This document shows, in pieces, positions 61,801 to 64,000 of a stretch of DNA of 64,000 nucleotides. The stretch's first letter is position 1; the number at the start of each line of letters is the position of its first letter. The stretch is from NCBI GenBank assembly GCA_963845185.1, contig CAWJRG010000010.1:768001-832000 (forward strand), given 5' to 3'. The translations under genes were made by a program, and so were the position numbers. The notes beneath the pieces are model-generated. The model saw only the letters and a list, made by a program, of their open reading frames with translations, ran no database searches and was not told the DNA's origin. The DNA comes from an uncultured bacterium. Lineage in GTDB: Bacteria > Oederibacteriota > PGYV01 > CAWJRG01.

Positions 61801-61840
61801 AGGAGTATAATTAAGAAAACTAAGGACAAAGGAGACGGTT

Positions 61841-62860
61841 ATGAAAAAACTTTTACCAGTAATAATCTTATTATTTTGTTTTAGTATTTTTGTTTATTCG
61901 AATGACGAAGATAAGTATTTTTCAGACGGTAAAACTGCATTTGATGCAGAAAAATATGATGAGGCAATCAAAGACTTTGACAAAGTAATATCTATTGATC
62001 CCAAAAATGCCGAGGCTTACGCATACCGCGGCAGGGCAAGAAGCGATATAGACCCAAAGAGCGCTATTGAAGATTGTAGCAAAGCAATAGAACTTAATCC
62101 GTCACTTTCAAAAGCATATTATGGTCGTGGAAATGCTAAAGATAACTCAGGTGACCATGAAGGAGCGATTCAGGATTATAACAAGGCAATCGAGCTTAAT
62201 CCAAAAGATGCGGCGTTGTACAATGGCCGCGGGCTTGCTAAGGCTCAATTAGGCGACTATACAGGAGCTATTAAGGATTGCAACAAAGCAATAGAGCTTG
62301 ACCCAAAGGATACGGATTCGTATTACAACCGCGGTGTTGCTAAAGATTATTTAAAAGATTTTAAAGCCGCTATTAATGATTATACTATGGCAATAGAGCT
62401 TGACCCGAAGTATGCGCTGGCTTATTACGGTCGAGGGCTTGCTAGAGCTAAATTAGGCGACTATACAGGAGCAATTAAGGATTGCAACAAAGCAATAGAG
62501 CTTGACCCGAAGTATGCGCTGGCTTATTGCTATCGCGGTGTTGCTAAAGAAGCTTTAGACGATAATATAGGAGCAATTAAGGATTTTAATAAGGCGATAG
62601 AACTCAATCCTAAATTCGCAGAAGCTTATGGTGTTCGCGGGGAAACCAAATATAAATTAGGCGACTATACCGGTGCTATCAAGGATTTTAATAAGGCGAT
62701 AGAGCTTAACCCAAAGGATGCAGAAGCTTATTACGACCGCGGGCTTGTTAAAAAAGACTCAGGCAATGTAAAAGGTGCACTTGAAGATTTAAGTGAAGCT
62801 GGAGAATTAGGATATGATAAAGCTTATGACATAATCAAAAAAATTCAAAATGAAAAGTAA
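61841..62860 (+). CDS. Secreted TPR-repeat protein
   Basis: Signal peptide; about 8 canonical 34-aa TPRs (AY..RG.AK..LGDY.GAI.D..KAIEL.P). Confidence 0.92.
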   Translation: MKKLLPVIILLFCFSIFVYSNDEDKYFSDGKTAFDAEKYDEAIKDFDKVISIDPKNAEAYAYRGRARSDIDPKSAIEDCSKAIELNPSLSKAYYGRGNAKDNSGDHEGAIQDYNKAIELNPKDAALYNGRGLAKAQLGDYTGAIKDCNKAIELDPKDTDSYYNRGVAKDYLKDFKAAINDYTMAIELDPKYALAYYGRGLARAKLGDYTGAIKDCNKAIELDPKYALAYCYRGVAKEALDDNIGAIKDFNKAIELNPKFAEAYGVRGETKYKLGDYTGAIKDFNKAIELNPKDAEAYYDRGLVKKDSGNVKGALEDLSEAGELGYDKAYDIIKKIQNEK

Positions 62861-62914
62861 GGCTAAAAATAAACCTATTGAAAAACTAGAAATAAAAAAC
62901 AACAAGGAGGCTTT

Positions 62915-63325
62915 ATGAAAATTGTTAAAAATCCTTTCCTTGCAGGGGTATTATCATTTTTTGTTTATGGTCTCGGGCAAATGTATGTTGGTGATGTTAA
63001 AAAGGGACTTAGAAAATTTTTTACGTTTTATATTACCTGTTTTATTATTGGTATTGTAATGGCTTTTCTTTGTGCTGCTATACCGGGGGGAAGTTCAAGT
63101 TCAGTTTATATTACGGTCGTTTTTTTGATTATAGAAATCATTGCCGGTATTGTCATTGTTATTAATTGGATAAAAAATATAAGAGAAGCATATAAAATGG
63201 CAGAACAAAATAATGCAGCTATTGGCAATGAGATTACTGAAGATACAAAAAAATGTCCGTATTGTGCCGAAATAATAAAAAAAGAAGCAAAAATTTGTCG
63301 TTTTTGTGGTAAAGAACAGGCTTAA
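62915..63325 (+). CDS. TM2-like membrane protein with C-terminal zinc ribbon
   Basis: KNPFLAGVLSFF..GLGQMYVG; CPYCAEIIKKEAKICRFCG. Confidence 0.8.
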   Translation: MKIVKNPFLAGVLSFFVYGLGQMYVGDVKKGLRKFFTFYITCFIIGIVMAFLCAAIPGGSSSSVYITVVFLIIEIIAGIVIVINWIKNIREAYKMAEQNNAAIGNEITEDTKKCPYCAEIIKKEAKICRFCGKEQA

Positions 63326-63396
63326 AATTACCGTAGATTAAACTGTTTTTAAAACAAGATGTTTGTATAACATTTAAATATTGGAGGCAATTATGA

Positions 63397-64000
63397 GTGC
63401 GCCGAGAAAAGCGTATCGGTTCGCGCTGGTGAAAGTCCAGCCTGGGCAAAGGTCAGCCGCCAGCCCAATACCAAATTCCACAAATAGTGAGGCAACGAGC
63501 TAAATGAAGCTGGAAGGCGGGAGACATCGGGATACAACGCAAGTGAAGGTATTGAGCCCCGAAATCGCCAACGTGTCGGAGGCCGACATTTTTCATAAAA
63601 GAGCAGGCAGCAGTCCCACAATCATAAAAAGGCGAGAGAGTGGGAATCCGACGGGGTCTAAGTCCGTGTCAAGATGTCAAGGAGCAGATATGAACTCGGG
63701 AGAGCCGGGACACCCTCAAAACGAGAGTATGCGGCGACAAATCCTAAAAGATAAGGAGCCGCAAAAGATGTTCCGGCAGTCTGACTATCCCATAGTATCG
63801 ATGAAGTCTACGAAAGTAGATGGAGAAAGGGGATAGAGGGAATGCGTATGGACATAAGGGAGACAACCGCCACACACAGAGGTGGAGACGGAATGGCAAC
63901 AAAACTTATGACCATAACAATGCGGGCAAAGGAAAATCCAAAATTGAGATTTACATCGCTGATACACCTGCTCAATGAGGAGTTTCTAATGGAGTGCTTT
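63397..64000 (+). mobile_element. Group II intron, 5' part (continues beyond window)
   Basis: 5' GTGCG boundary; domain I/III-like motifs (GGTGAAAGTCC, GAGCCCCGAAA, GGCCGAC, ACGGGGTC, GAACTCGGGAGAGCC, GGCAGTCTGA..CATAGTA); followed by RT ORF. Confidence 0.92.
63893..64000 (+). CDS. ltrA: Intron-encoded reverse transcriptase/maturase, N-terminal part
   Basis: MATKLMTITMRAKENPKLRFTSLIHLLNEEFLMECF, typical IEP N-terminus; GAGGTGGAG RBS. Confidence 0.88.
   Translation, partial: MATKLMTITMRAKENPKLRFTSLIHLLNEEFLMECF

Noticed and set aside
63234..63967. ORF-track ORFs 63234-63449, 63391-63621, 63504-63836, 63785-63967
   Set aside because: Overlap intron ribozyme domains; spurious
59402..64000. 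Duplicated 3' end plus RT as a diversity-generating retroelement (VR/TR)
   Set aside because: Differences are not confined to adenines and are mostly synonymous; the RT sits inside a group II intron

Overview
AT-rich bacterial chromosome segment spanning the replication origin. OmpA, TolB and PorV-like proteins point to a diderm organism; a candidate-phylum lineage is my inference only. Core content: rpsU (partial), nadD-proA-hemW-lepB, recF, rsmG, a parS site, bipartite oriC around dnaA, dnaN, gyrA (split by a 1-nt insertion), a degenerate histidine-kinase-like protein, dciA, gyrB, two class III cyclases, a CRP/FNR regulator and large SRP RNA-dnaX-ybaB-recR. Envelope genes: GT-C/GT2 glycosyltransferases and a mycobacterial-type phosphatidylinositol-mannoside (PIM)-like operon (pgsA-ino1-acyltransferase-pimA-acyltransferase-PHP). 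A probable 6S RNA lies upstream of that operon. The right end is accessory: an AbiEi/AbiEii pair bracketed by diverged duplications of a radical SAM 3' end and of a promoter, REP-like hairpins, a TPR gene, and a group II intron inserted 4 nt into a start codon. The strongest candidates for new biology are the PIM-like operon (two acyltransferases, a PHP phosphatase), the duplicated-end AbiE cassette, the start-codon-inserted intron and the pseudo-kinase between gyrA and gyrB. All calls come from motif recognition by eye; no searches were run.
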